The position numbers were made by a program, and so were the translations under genes. The notes under the pieces are model-generated. The model made no database searches. It saw only the letters and a program-made list of their open reading frames with translations, and was not told where the DNA came from. A stretch of DNA of 33,812 bases, taken from positions 1 to 33,812 of the forward strand of contig CALWKH010000003.1 in assembly GCA_944381195.1 (NCBI GenBank), read 5' to 3'. Numbering within the stretch: position 1 is the first letter of the stretch; every line of letters begins with the position of its first letter. Below, piece after piece: positions 17,032 through 26,739 of this stretch. The stretch comes from an uncultured Clostridia bacterium (GTDB taxonomy: Bacteria > Bacillota > Clostridia > Christensenellales > UBA1242).

Positions 17032-17062
17032 AAAAAGTGTCTAACTTATGGAGTAAGTTTCA
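17032..17062. mobile_element. solo IS3-family-like terminal inverted repeat
   Basis: Reverse complement TGAAACTTACTCCATAAGTTAGACACTTTTT resembles Firmicute IS3/IS150 ends (TGAACTGCACCCCAAAAGTTAGACA); no transposase nearby. Confidence 0.5.
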
Positions 17063-17120
17063 TTTAGTGCTATATTTTTCTTATTAAAAATTTGTAAATT
17101 TCTTCCATTAAAAGTCAATT

Positions 17121-17570
17121 TTATTTTATTACACCGCAAGCAATACGAACTCCACTGTCGCCTGCTGGTTGAGAAGAAAAATCATCTCTCTGTGAATGAA
17201 TGACAACAGTTCTGCCGACTATTTCATGAACAGTAAATTTATCAATCAAAACAGCACTTAGCGCATGACCCTGGTTTGAATATAACGGTGGCAAATCTCC
17301 AGCGTGGTTAGGGTGTTCTGCTTTGTTTGGGTTGTAATGAGAACCTGCATCAGCAAAAGTATCTGGCGGAGAACAACTTCCACCCTCATGAATATGAAGT
17401 CCCAAAAACTTGTTTGTAGGCAAGCCGTAGACATCAAACAAACAGACCACACCATATTTTGTGCCCCAAAAGTATGCATTACCTTCAATTTTATTGCCTT
17501 TTATTTTTGCTGTTAAATCTGGCTCTGAGCGAGTTTTATTTAAGATTTGCATAGTTTCAAAATTTATCAT
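17121..17570 (-). CDS. sodC: Cu/Zn superoxide dismutase
   Basis: GLHIHE, GSHYNP, HPNHAGDLP, GRTVVIH, GDSGVRIACGVI; metal ligands, both Cys and catalytic Arg present. Confidence 0.93.
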   Translation of the reverse strand: MINFETMQILNKTRSEPDLTAKIKGNKIEGNAYFWGTKYGVVCLFDVYGLPTNKFLGLHIHEGGSCSPPDTFADAGSHYNPNKAEHPNHAGDLPPLYSNQGHALSAVLIDKFTVHEIVGRTVVIHSQRDDFSSQPAGDSGVRIACGVIK

Positions 17571-17844
17571 AGACACCTCTTATTTAGTGTATATGAAAAT
17601 TTCTCTTAAACTGTGTTTATAACTATGCGTAAAATAAAAAATTGCCTTACAATTAAATAAGCAAATTTAATGTTTATATATAAATATCTTATAAATAATA
17701 TGTTTATGATTAGACAAACTATACTATAGATAAAACATATCAAAACTCTTTCTATAATTTGCTATTTCTAGACAAAATCATAAGTAAATGAATTGTATAA
17801 AAGTATGAGTTAATCACAATAATAAATTTCAATATACAAAATAT

Positions 17845-17877
17845 AAAAAAACTTTATCGCTTTTGATAAAGTTTTTT
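17845..17877 (-). terminator. terminator of the alpha operon
   Basis: aaaaaactttatc/gataaagtttttt downstream of rplQ. Confidence 0.8.
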
Positions 17878-17917
17878 AAATATCATGTAAATTTATAGAT
17901 AAGTCTTTAAAACATTA

Positions 17918-18430
17918 TTATACAAGTTGTATAATTGCTGCTTCAGCACCATCGCCACGACGAGGACCAACTTTGAGAACACGAGTGTATCCACCACCTT
18001 GACCAGTGTCTTCTTTACGCTTTGCATAACGAGGACCGTAGATGTTGAAAATCTTTTCAAGAAGTGGGTGGAAAATGTCTTCTGTTCTTCCGATGAAAGC
18101 GGTTTTTGACTCTTTTGGCATTCTTTGTTCTTGAATATCATAAACTTGAGCCATTATCTTGCGTCTTGCATTCAATTTTGTTGGACCATCATTGATAACT
18201 TCTTTTTTGCTTTTAACACCTTTCTCATTTGTTACTGTCTTTGTTACTTTAACAGTGTCTTGATAGGTGTTTACAGCAAGTGTTATAATTTTTTCTGCAA
18301 TGCGTTGAACAGCCTTTGCACGAGCAAAAGTTGTTTCAACTTTGCCATACCACAAAAGGTCGGTTACCTGACGGCGAATGATTGCATCACGAAGTGAACC
18401 TTCTTTTCCTAATTTGTTATAACCTGCCAT
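17918..18430 (-). CDS. rplQ: 50S ribosomal protein bL17
   Basis: VETTFARAK, GGYTRVLKVGPRRGDGAE; follows rpoA. Confidence 0.96.
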   Translation of the reverse strand: MAGYNKLGKEGSLRDAIIRRQVTDLLWYGKVETTFARAKAVQRIAEKIITLAVNTYQDTVKVTKTVTNEKGVKSKKEVINDGPTKLNARRKIMAQVYDIQEQRMPKESKTAFIGRTEDIFHPLLEKIFNIYGPRYAKRKEDTGQGGGYTRVLKVGPRRGDGAEAAIIQLV

Positions 18431-18444
18431 TTTCTATCTCCCTT

Positions 18445-19398
18445 TTATTCATCTTCACTTTTTAAAGTTAAACCAAGTTCAACGAGTTTATTTTTAACTT
18501 CTTCAAGCGATTTTTGTCCTAGATTACGAACTTTTCCAAGTTCACGATCCGTCTTTCTAACCAAATCTTCCACAGTTAAAATGTTTGAGCGTTTAAGACA
18601 GTTTGTGCTTCTAACTGAAAGTTCAAGGTCGTTAATTGACATTTCAAGAACTTTTTGTTGCTGGTCTTCTTGACGAGCAACCAAAATGTCGGTGTCTTCC
18701 ATGTTATCAACAAGTTCAATGAACATCTTCATGTGGTCATTGATTACTTTTGCTGCAAGACTGGTAACTTCTTTTGCCGAAGTTGCTCCGTTGGTGGTTA
18801 CTTCAAGTGTTAACTTGTCATAGTTGATGTCTTGACCAACACGAGCACTTTCAACAGAATATCTTACCTTCTTAACTGGTGTGAAGATTGCGTCCATTGG
18901 AATGAATCCAATGCTGTCAACAACATCTTTATTCTCTTTTGCAAGAACATAGCCTCTTCCACGACCAACAATGATTTCCATATCAACAACTGCGCCTTTT
19001 GACAAAGTGCAAATTGGCAAATCTTCATTTAAAATTTCAATGTCATCACTGACAATGATGTCTTTTGCGTAAAGAGTTCCCTCTTCTTTGCTTTTAAGAT
19101 ACAGTGTTGCTCTGAAATCTGGTTCTTGATGTTTTGTTTTTATGATTAAACTTTTGAGATTTAATATGATATCTGCAACATCTTCACTCACACCAGGAAT
19201 AGTTGAAAATTCATGTTGAACACCTGCAATTCTAACAGCAATTGGAGCAATGCCTGGAAGCCCACCAAGAAGAACTCTTCTCATTGCGTTTCCAACAGTT
19301 GTTCCAAAGCCTTTTTCCATTGGTTCAATAACAAAAGTTGCAACTGCACCATTTTGACTTTCTTGAACTGTTAAATTTGGTTTGTTTATTTGCATCAT
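18445..19398 (-). CDS. rpoA: RNA polymerase alpha subunit
   Basis: EPMEKGFGTTVGNAMRRVLL, HEFSTIPGV, LELSVRSTNCLKR. Confidence 0.98.
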   Translation of the reverse strand: MMQINKPNLTVQESQNGAVATFVIEPMEKGFGTTVGNAMRRVLLGGLPGIAPIAVRIAGVQHEFSTIPGVSEDVADIILNLKSLIIKTKHQEPDFRATLYLKSKEEGTLYAKDIIVSDDIEILNEDLPICTLSKGAVVDMEIIVGRGRGYVLAKENKDVVDSIGFIPMDAIFTPVKKVRYSVESARVGQDINYDKLTLEVTTNGATSAKEVTSLAAKVINDHMKMFIELVDNMEDTDILVARQEDQQQKVLEMSINDLELSVRSTNCLKRSNILTVEDLVRKTDRELGKVRNLGQKSLEEVKNKLVELGLTLKSEDE

Positions 19399-19421
19399 AA
19401 TTAAAAATTCCTCCTAACCCA

Positions 19422-20051
19422 TTATCTTGAATATAACTCAATGATTAAGTGTTCAGCAATATTCAAGTCGATGTCACTTCGGTCAGGAATTGCGATCACT
19501 TTACCACTCATGTTTGAAGCGTCAAGTTGTAGCCACTTAGGTGTTACTGTCTTGTTCTTCTTCAAATCTTTAAAGAGTTCAGAACTTTGATCGCTTTCAC
19601 GAATTGCAATCACATCTCCAACTTTTACTTGATATGATGGGATATCAACTTTCTTTCCGTTAACTGTGATGTGTCCGTGGTTCACGATTTGACGACATTG
19701 TGCTCGGGATACCCCAAAACCTAAACGATATACAACATTGTCTAATCTTCTTTCCAATAAAGACAACATAACTTCACCAGTAGCACCTTTTTGGCGCTTA
19801 CCTTCGAAATAATATTCTTTAAATTGTTTTTCGAGCAAACCATATGCTCTTTTAACTTTTTGCTTTTCGCGGAGTTGTAAAACATATCCTGTTGCTGGCT
19901 TGCGGCGTGCATTTGCATCACCGTGTTCGCCTGGAATTGTTGGGCGTCTGTCAAGTGCACATTTTCCTGTTACACAACGGTCGCCTTTGAGGAATAGTTT
20001 ACAGCCTTCACGACGACATAATCTACAATCTGCTCCAGTGTATTTAGCCAT
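19422..20051 (-). CDS. rpsD: 30S ribosomal protein uS4
   Basis: [36 protein letters not shown]. Confidence 0.98.
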   Translation of the reverse strand: MAKYTGADCRLCRREGCKLFLKGDRCVTGKCALDRRPTIPGEHGDANARRKPATGYVLQLREKQKVKRAYGLLEKQFKEYYFEGKRQKGATGEVMLSLLERRLDNVVYRLGFGVSRAQCRQIVNHGHITVNGKKVDIPSYQVKVGDVIAIRESDQSSELFKDLKKNKTVTPKWLQLDASNMSGKVIAIPDRSDIDLNIAEHLIIELYSR

Positions 20052-20065
20052 AACTTTTCTCCTTT

Positions 20066-20446
20066 TTAAACTCTTCTTCTTTTAGATGGTCGGCAACCAT
20101 TGAAAGGTATTCCAGAAACATCTTTGATTGAGGTTACTTCTAACCCTGTGTTTGCAAGTGCACGAATTGCTGCTTCTCTTCCTGCACCAGCACCTTTAAC
20201 ATAGACTGCAACTTGATTTAAACCCATGTCTTTTGCCTTTTTACCTGCTGTTTCTGCAACAAGTTGTGCTGCATAAGGGGTGTCTTTCTTGTTACCTCTG
20301 AATTTAAGTGCGCCAGAACTGCACCATGAAATCACATCACCTTTTGCATCTGTGATGGTAACCATGTTGTTGTTAAAAGATGATTTAATGTAAACGGCGC
20401 CGTTTGACAAACTTCTTGCTGTTCTTTTCTTCTTAACTATTGCCAT
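20066..20446 (-). CDS. rpsK: 30S ribosomal protein uS11
   Basis: [30 protein letters not shown]. Confidence 0.97.
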   Translation of the reverse strand: MAIVKKKRTARSLSNGAVYIKSSFNNNMVTITDAKGDVISWCSSGALKFRGNKKDTPYAAQLVAETAGKKAKDMGLNQVAVYVKGAGAGREAAIRALANTGLEVTSIKDVSGIPFNGCRPSKRRRV

Positions 20447-20464
20447 TTTTAACTTTCCCCCTTA

Positions 20465-20854
20465 TTAACCCTTCTTACCAACTTTTGCCTTTCCTCTTGA
20501 AACCGTCTTTCTTGGTCCCTTACGAGTTCTTGCATTAGTTTTTGTTCGTTGTCCACGAACAGGCAAATTACGACGATGACGAATTCCGCGATTGCAGCCA
20601 ATTTCCATGAGACGCTTTATGTTAAGGTTTACTTCTCTGCGAAGGTCACCTTCTACCAAAAGTTCATTCTTTTCAATATATTCACGAATTTTTGCAATGT
20701 CGTTTTCAGACAAGTCTTTAACACGAACATCTGGACTGATTCCAGTCCCTGCTAAAATTTCATTAGACTTTTTTCTTCCAATTCCGTAGATATAGGTTAA
20801 ACCTATTTCTACTCTTTTCTCTTTGGGTAAGTCCACACCTGCTATACGAGCCAT
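20465..20854 (-). CDS. rpsM: 30S ribosomal protein uS13
   Basis: [35 protein letters not shown]. Confidence 0.98.
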   Translation of the reverse strand: MARIAGVDLPKEKRVEIGLTYIYGIGRKKSNEILAGTGISPDVRVKDLSENDIAKIREYIEKNELLVEGDLRREVNLNIKRLMEIGCNRGIRHRRNLPVRGQRTKTNARTRKGPRKTVSRGKAKVGKKG

Positions 20855-20974
20855 TTATTCCTCCAAATAAATTTTATTTTAGTTTAGTTTATATGTAACG
20901 CTGTGGAAAAAATCAGCCGCCCACATCGATTGTTTTCAAAATAAGAGCAAAAAGCAAACAATCAAGAATAAAAA

Positions 20975-21091
20975 TTATCCTTGAACTTGTTTGTGCTTCT
21001 TGCTTTTTGAGCAAATAACCATAACCTTTCCGTTTCTACGAATAACCTTGCATTTATCGCAAATAGGTTTTACTGATGGTCTTACTTTCAT
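20975..21091 (-). CDS. rpmJ: 50S ribosomal protein bL36
   Basis: Hand translation [38 protein letters not shown] (38 aa), aaggag RBS; below ORF-track cutoff. Confidence 0.97.
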   Translation of the reverse strand: MKVRPSVKPICDKCKVIRRNGKVMVICSKSKKHKQVQG

Positions 21092-21110
21092 TTTGTTTTC
21101 TCCTTAATTT

Positions 21111-21362
21111 TTATTGAGCCTCATCATTGTGTTTGTGTGCCATATTGTTTGTTCTCCAAACAATTCGACCTCTTGTTAAATCATAGGGTGACATTTCAAG
21201 AGTTACTTTATCTCCAACAAAAATTCGAATTCGTCCCAGCGTAAGTTTTCCTGCTGGATATGCTGTTACGATATGACCGTTTGGCAAACGCACTTTGAAC
21301 ATTGCGTTTCTCAAACTTTCAATAACTTCTCCTTCTGCTTTGATTGCATCCTCTGTTGCCAT
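21111..21362 (-). CDS. infA: translation initiation factor IF-1
   Basis: [30 protein letters not shown]. Confidence 0.97.
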   Translation of the reverse strand: MATEDAIKAEGEVIESLRNAMFKVRLPNGHIVTAYPAGKLTLGRIRIFVGDKVTLEMSPYDLTRGRIVWRTNNMAHKHNDEAQ

Positions 21363-21364
21363 TT

Positions 21365-21646
21365 TTACTCCCCTTTATTTCTTTTTTTATACTCATATAA
21401 TGAGTGATAAACCATTTGATTATTTATTGTTATTCCATTTTTAAGTTTTTCAGCAATTTCTGTTATAACAACATTTGTTGGTCTTATGTGCAAAAGATTT
21501 TTCTTTTTAGGAGTTAATATTGTTTTAGATTTGCCGTCTGCAAGTCTTGCAAACTGGCTGTTTACCTCTAAAACAATATAGAATTCCCCTTTATCTCTGC
21601 CTTGCAAAGATTGCACAATTTGGCCACATTTAATTTCATTTGACAT
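21365..21646 (-). CDS. KOW-domain RNA-binding protein (L14e-like)
   Basis: [27 protein letters not shown]; conserved map-infA position in Bacillota. Confidence 0.85.
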   Translation of the reverse strand: MSNEIKCGQIVQSLQGRDKGEFYIVLEVNSQFARLADGKSKTILTPKKKNLLHIRPTNVVITEIAEKLKNGITINNQMVYHSLYEYKKRNKGE

Positions 21647-21682
21647 AATATTACCTGACTTTAAACAAATAACAAATTAAGC

Positions 21683-22426
21683 TTATAATGTTAAAATTTC
21701 AACACCATCTTTTGTTATCAAAAGAGTGTTCTCATAGTGCGCTGCCATGCTTCCATCATCGGTTGCAACTGTCCAACCATCTTCTGCTACAAAAACTTCT
21801 GGACTGCCCATTGTTATCATTGGTTCGACAGCAATGGTCATGCCTTCTTTCAAAAACTCGCCAGTTCCTTTTTTGCCAAAGTTTGGAATGCCTGGGTCTT
21901 CGTGAATTTGACAGCCCACACCGTGCCCTTGCAGTTCACGAACAACACCATATCCAAAACTTTCTGCATACTTTTGAACAGCCTCACCGATATCACCAAC
22001 TCGACTGCCTGCCTTTATGTGCTTTATTCCTTCAAAGAAAGATTGCTTTGTTACTTCAATAAGTTTTTTCTTATCTTCACTAACTTCGCCAACACAAAAG
22101 GTTCTTGCTGCATCAGTGTGCATACCCTTATATAACACACAAAGGTCAACACTGATGATGTCTCCGTTTTGAAGTTTTGTGTCATCAGGAATTCCGTGAA
22201 CAACAACCTCATTAACAGATGTGCAAATTGATGCGGGATAGCCCATGTAACCTAGGCAACTTGGTTTTGCACCTCGACTTACAATGTATCGATGTGCAAA
22301 CTTGTCTATGTCTTTTGTGGTTATTCCTGCTTTGATAAATTCTTCAATTTTCAAAAGGGTATCTCTTAAAATTCTACCGCTTTCTCTCATTGCTTGAATT
22401 TGTTTTTCATTCTTTACAATAACCAT
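21683..22426 (-). CDS. map: type I methionine aminopeptidase
   Basis: CTSVNEVVVHGIP, DAART, GHGVG..IHEDP, AVEPM, AAHYENT. Confidence 0.97.
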   Translation of the reverse strand: MVIVKNEKQIQAMRESGRILRDTLLKIEEFIKAGITTKDIDKFAHRYIVSRGAKPSCLGYMGYPASICTSVNEVVVHGIPDDTKLQNGDIISVDLCVLYKGMHTDAARTFCVGEVSEDKKKLIEVTKQSFFEGIKHIKAGSRVGDIGEAVQKYAESFGYGVVRELQGHGVGCQIHEDPGIPNFGKKGTGEFLKEGMTIAVEPMITMGSPEVFVAEDGWTVATDDGSMAAHYENTLLITKDGVEILTL

Positions 22427-22431
22427 GATTT

Positions 22432-22442
22432 ATTATACCACA
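22432..22442 (-). promoter_or_regulatory. extended -10 promoter immediately upstream of map
   Basis: TGTG-G-TATAAT ending 5 nt before the map ATG; no SD sequence. Confidence 0.6.
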
Positions 22443-22455
22443 CTTTTTATGATAT

Positions 22456-23094
22456 TTAAAGACTTTTTTCAAAAAATTTATCTATTTTTTCAAAAATCTC
22501 GTTTAAAACCTCTTTTTTGCTTCTTTCGGCATTTATTTCAATCAGTTTGCCCTCTTGACGAAAACTTTCAATCACTGGCAAAGTTTCTTTTTCATATTGC
22601 GCAATTCTTTTGTTGACTGTTTCAATGTTGTCGTCATAGCGTTTTTCAAGTTCAGCCCCGCAATGCAAACAATGGTTGGTAGTGTTCTCATCAACGCTGG
22701 TAACCCGTTTGCATTTTGGACAAATCAGTCTTTTTAAAATTCTGTTTCTTATGACATCAAAGTTAACAATTTTAAGCCAAACAGCAGCATCAATTTCAAT
22801 GTTTTTCATTGCATCTTTTTGCTGCATATTGATTGGTGCTGTGTCTATGATAAACCCATCAAACCCCTTGGTGTTTTTTATTTGTTTATCAAGAACATCA
22901 ATCACAATCTCGCTTGGAACAAATTTGCCAACGCTGGTGTATTCATAAAGAATTTTGCCCAAAGATGTTTTATTGCGGATTTCGTCTTTTACAACATCTC
23001 CAACAACAACATGTTTTAAGTTATATTTTTTTGCAATATGGTGTGTTTGTGTCCCCTTGCCACTGCCTGGGGCACCTAAAATAACTAATCTCAT
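22456..23094 (-). CDS. adk: adenylate kinase family protein (Zn-LID type, atypical NMP site)
   Basis: GAPGSGKGTQ P-loop, CPKC...CLHCG LID, RYDD; canonical secY-adk-map position. Confidence 0.85.
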   Translation of the reverse strand: MRLVILGAPGSGKGTQTHHIAKKYNLKHVVVGDVVKDEIRNKTSLGKILYEYTSVGKFVPSEIVIDVLDKQIKNTKGFDGFIIDTAPINMQQKDAMKNIEIDAAVWLKIVNFDVIRNRILKRLICPKCKRVTSVDENTTNHCLHCGAELEKRYDDNIETVNKRIAQYEKETLPVIESFRQEGKLIEINAERSKKEVLNEIFEKIDKFFEKSL

Positions 23095-23140
23095 AAATTA
23101 TCCTTTTTCTTTTAAAATAGATAGAACTATGCGTAAAAAA

Positions 23141-24460
23141 TTATTTCAAGAAGCCACGATAGTTTTTAGCAAGAAGTTGAGCGTTAAGTTGCTTGTCAAA
23201 TTCAAGAGCAACACTAACAACAATTAAAAGTCCCGTTACAGTGAATGCGTTAACCAAACTGCCACTTACTATTGTTCCCTGTGGAACAAGTGAAAGTGCC
23301 ACTGTTGGAACAACAAAGATGAGTGCTAAATAGGTTGCGCCAAAGAAAGTTATTCTTCTGGAAATTTTCTTTAAATAATCAGTGGTTGGTTTACCCGCAC
23401 GAATTCCTGGAATGAACCCACCGTTTTGTTGCAAGGTTCTGCTGACTTCTTCTGGATTAAATGTTATTTGAGCATAGAAATATGTGAAGAAGAATATTAA
23501 CAGTGCATTAACAAGGAAATAGATTACTGTTCCTGTTCCAAGCCAATCTTGCCACCAATCATAGAAAGCGTTTCCATCGGTTACACCAACAAGTTGCATT
23601 ATAAGTTGAGGGAATGCAACAAGCGCTGTTGCAAAGATGATCGGAAGAACACCGCTTCCGTTAACTTTGATTGGAATGTAGGTTGATTGTCCACCATACA
23701 TTTTTCGCCCTTTAATTTGCTTTGCATAGTTCACAGGAATTTTTCTTTCTGCAAGGTCAACAAATACAATAAGAGCAAACACGATAAACAGCATTGCTGC
23801 AAAGATTAAAATTGTCCAAAGTCCATCAAGGTTGTCAGCACTAAGTCCTGTAAAAGCGTTTAAAACTGCGTTTCCAGCACTACAAATGATACCAACAAAA
23901 ATGAGTAAACTTACACCGTTTCCAATGCCAAGGTCAGTGATTTTTTCACCAAGCCAAAGTGTGAACATTGAACCTGCCACCAAAACAAGCACAATGACTG
24001 CAGATACAACCCAACCTGGAACAGAACTGCTGAGCGCAGATTCATTGATCGTTCCACTTGCTGAGAATGTTAACACAATTGCGATTGCTTGAATTAAAGC
24101 AAAAATAAGTGCTGTTATTCTGGTGTAGAAAGTTATTTTTCTTCTGCCTTCCTCCCCTGCTTTGCTGAGTCTTTCAAGTGCAGGAATTGCAACTGTTAAA
24201 AGTTGAATGATGATTGATGCAGAGATATATGGAATCACTCCCAGGGCGAGCAAAGAACCATTCGCAAGCGCTCCACCCGTTACTGAACTTAGAAGTGACA
24301 AAAAGTCACTACCAGAAACAGATTCGTTGAACGCTGCAAGGTCAAGCCCCGGAATCGGCAACCAACAGCCGATGCGGTATATAAAGAGTATTCCAAGTGT
24401 TATAAGAATTTTTTTGCGCAAATCTTTTGACTTAAACGCTTGAACTAATGTTTGAAACAT
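23141..24460 (-). CDS. secY: preprotein translocase SecY
   Basis: LGVIPYISASIIIQLL, GIGNGVSLLIF, GVLPIIFA, GGFIPGIRAG. Confidence 0.98.
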   Translation of the reverse strand: MFQTLVQAFKSKDLRKKILITLGILFIYRIGCWLPIPGLDLAAFNESVSGSDFLSLLSSVTGGALANGSLLALGVIPYISASIIIQLLTVAIPALERLSKAGEEGRRKITFYTRITALIFALIQAIAIVLTFSASGTINESALSSSVPGWVVSAVIVLVLVAGSMFTLWLGEKITDLGIGNGVSLLIFVGIICSAGNAVLNAFTGLSADNLDGLWTILIFAAMLFIVFALIVFVDLAERKIPVNYAKQIKGRKMYGGQSTYIPIKVNGSGVLPIIFATALVAFPQLIMQLVGVTDGNAFYDWWQDWLGTGTVIYFLVNALLIFFFTYFYAQITFNPEEVSRTLQQNGGFIPGIRAGKPTTDYLKKISRRITFFGATYLALIFVVPTVALSLVPQGTIVSGSLVNAFTVTGLLIVVSVALEFDKQLNAQLLAKNYRGFLK

Positions 24461-24903
24461 TATGCCTCCTCAGTCTTTCCACCGGCTTTTTCAATTTTCT
24501 TAACTGCCGTTTTGGAGAATTTATTTGCTTTAACGGTTAACTTCTTAGATAATTTTCCATTTCCAAGAACTTTTAAACCGCTTTTTTCAATTTTTCCAAT
24601 TATTCTCTTTTCCTTAAGAAGTTCTGCTGTAACAACTGTGCCATCTTCGAAAACTTCCAAGTCCTCAACATTTATGATTGAGAACACATCACCATAAGGG
24701 TTGTTGAAACCTCTTTTTGGCAAACGGCGAATAAGGGACATTTGTCCACCTTCAAACAAAGGACGAGTTCCTCCGCCAGAACGCTTGTTTTGACCATTCT
24801 CTCCGCGACCAGAGGTTTTACCTCTGCCACTGCCAAGACCACGACCAACACGTTTCACACCTTTCTTAGAATTTGGTGCAGGGTTAAGTTCATGAATATT
24901 CAT
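24460..24903 (-). CDS. rplO: 50S ribosomal protein uL15
   Basis: [31 protein letters not shown]. Confidence 0.98.
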   Translation of the reverse strand: MNIHELNPAPNSKKGVKRVGRGLGSGRGKTSGRGENGQNKRSGGGTRPLFEGGQMSLIRRLPKRGFNNPYGDVFSIINVEDLEVFEDGTVVTAELLKEKRIIGKIEKSGLKVLGNGKLSKKLTVKANKFSKTAVKKIEKAGGKTEEA

Positions 24904-24915
24904 AATGTCGTCCTC

Positions 24916-25137
24916 CTATTCTTCCACCTTCACCAAGTGTTTAACAACTTCAATCATGCCACGAATTGCTTCGTTGTCTGGCATAACCTTTGTTTTGTTT
25001 ATTTTGTTTAAACCCAAAGCCTTCATTGTTGCCTTTTGCTTTGGATTACAACAAATAACACTGTGAATTTGTGTGATTTTTATTGTTTTTCCACCTTTTG
25101 TGGCTTTTTTAGGAGTGTTTGTTTTACTTGTTTCCAT
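24916..25137 (-). CDS. rpmD: 50S ribosomal protein uL30
   Basis: IKITQIHS, ALGLNKI, IRGMI..VKHLV; position. Confidence 0.93.
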   Translation of the reverse strand: METSKTNTPKKATKGGKTIKITQIHSVICCNPKQKATMKALGLNKINKTKVMPDNEAIRGMIEVVKHLVKVEE

Positions 25138-25148
25138 AAAAATACCTC

Positions 25149-25790
25149 CTATAAGTCTTCCGTGGTCTTGCCACGAAGTTTAGCAACTTCATCTTTTGTG
25201 CGCATTGCCTTTAATGCGTTAAAAGTTGCTCTTACTATGTTGATTTTGTTGTTGCTTCCCTGTCTTTTTGCTGTGATATCTTTAATTCCAGCAAGTTCCA
25301 AAACTGGACGAGCAGCACCACCAGCAATAACTCCTGTTCCCTGCTTTGCTGGGATAAGACGAATTACGCTTGCGCCATATTTCATTGTTATTGCGTGTGG
25401 AATTGTTGTGTTATCAATTGAAACAGTTATCATGTTTTTCTTGGCTGAGTTGAAGCCTTTTTCAATTGCATTGGTTGCTTCACGAGCCTTTCCTGTTCCA
25501 ATTCCAACACGACCTTTTTTATCTCCAACAACACAAAGTGCGCTGAAACTTTGAACACGGCCACCTTGTACTGTTTTTTGAACGGAGCGAATGTCTACCA
25601 TTCTCTTTTCAAACTCATCAGCCTCACGTGGTGGTCTGTCTGAACGAGGGCGTCTGTTTTTGTCAAACTTTCCGCCACGGCGTTCATTTTTGCCTTTTTG
25701 CTCTGGCTTTTCTGCTGTTTGAGCGCTTTCAGTGTTAACATCTGCGCTAACTTCTGCTGAAACTTCATTTTCTTTTACTTCTTCTGCCAT
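25149..25790 (-). CDS. rpsE: 30S ribosomal protein uS5
   Basis: GGR..SFSALCVVGD, GTGVIAGG, VLELAGIKDI. Confidence 0.97.
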   Translation of the reverse strand: MAEEVKENEVSAEVSADVNTESAQTAEKPEQKGKNERRGGKFDKNRRPRSDRPPREADEFEKRMVDIRSVQKTVQGGRVQSFSALCVVGDKKGRVGIGTGKAREATNAIEKGFNSAKKNMITVSIDNTTIPHAITMKYGASVIRLIPAKQGTGVIAGGAARPVLELAGIKDITAKRQGSNNKINIVRATFNALKAMRTKDEVAKLRGKTTEDL

Positions 25791-25799
25791 AATATCCCC

Positions 25800-26168
25800 C
25801 TAAAACTTTAATCCAGCAGCTCTTGCGCTATCTGTTAATTTTTTAACTCGACCTGTGTAGAGATATCGTCTACGGTCACAAACAACCGTTTCAATACCTT
25901 TTTTTAATGCTCTTTTTTCAATTTTTGTTCCAACGATTTCTGCTTGTTCTACTTTTGTTTTTCCTTCAACTTTTGATTTTAAATCTTTTTCAAGTGAAGA
26001 AGCACTCACAAGAGTTACACCCTTTTCATCGTCAATGATTTGAGCATAGATGTTGCTCACACTACGGTAAATACATAAACGAGGGCGTGCTTGTGTTCCG
26101 CTGACAGTCTTGCGAACTCTTGTGTGTCTGCGTTGGCGTTCTTTATTTTTGTCAATTTTTGTTATCAT
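25800..26168 (-). CDS. rplR: 50S ribosomal protein uL18
   Basis: [20 protein letters not shown]...ARAAGLKF. Confidence 0.96.
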   Translation of the reverse strand: MITKIDKNKERQRRHTRVRKTVSGTQARPRLCIYRSVSNIYAQIIDDEKGVTLVSASSLEKDLKSKVEGKTKVEQAEIVGTKIEKRALKKGIETVVCDRRRYLYTGRVKKLTDSARAAGLKF

Positions 26169-26187
26169 TTTTCACTTTCCTCCTTTA

Positions 26188-26730
26188 TTATTTACCTGCT
26201 TTTTTGCCTTCTTTCTTGATTACAACTTCATCAGAATATCTAATTCCATATGCGTGATAAGGCTCGACTGGTCTTAACGCACGAATGTTTGCAGCCATTT
26301 GTCCAACAGCCTCTTTGCTGATACCTTCAACCTTGATTTCAAGTGGAGAAGGACAACTTAGAGTGATGTTTTCCATTGGATGAACAAACACTGGGTGACT
26401 TAGTCCAAGGTTAAGTTCAATGTCTTGTCCTTTTTGAGTTGCTTTATAACCAACACCATTGATGACAAGTGTCTTGCTGTAGCCTTGTGTAAGTCCTGTA
26501 ATCATATTATTAATTAATGTGCGATATAGGCCATGCATACTGTTTGCTTCTGTTGTTTCCTTAACAGGTGTTAATGTAACAACGCCATCTTCAACCTTAA
26601 CATTTATAAGTTTGCTTACTGGTTGAACAAGTTTGCCTTTCGCACCTTCAACAGTAACTGTGTTGTGTTCATCAACACTGACAGTTATTCCTGCTGGTAT
26701 GTTAATGGGTTTCTTTCCTATTCTTGACAT
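26188..26730 (-). CDS. rplF: 50S ribosomal protein uL6
   Basis: MSRIGKKPI, GVGYKA, RPVEPY..GIRY. Confidence 0.97.
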   Translation of the reverse strand: MSRIGKKPINIPAGITVSVDEHNTVTVEGAKGKLVQPVSKLINVKVEDGVVTLTPVKETTEANSMHGLYRTLINNMITGLTQGYSKTLVINGVGYKATQKGQDIELNLGLSHPVFVHPMENITLSCPSPLEIKVEGISKEAVGQMAANIRALRPVEPYHAYGIRYSDEVVIKKEGKKAGK

Positions 26731-26739
26731 AATAGCCTC

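Noticed and set aside
17577-17845. AT-rich gap between sodC and rplQ terminator
   Set aside because: No supportable ORF, repeat or structure; a sigK-like CATA box upstream of sodC is too weak to call
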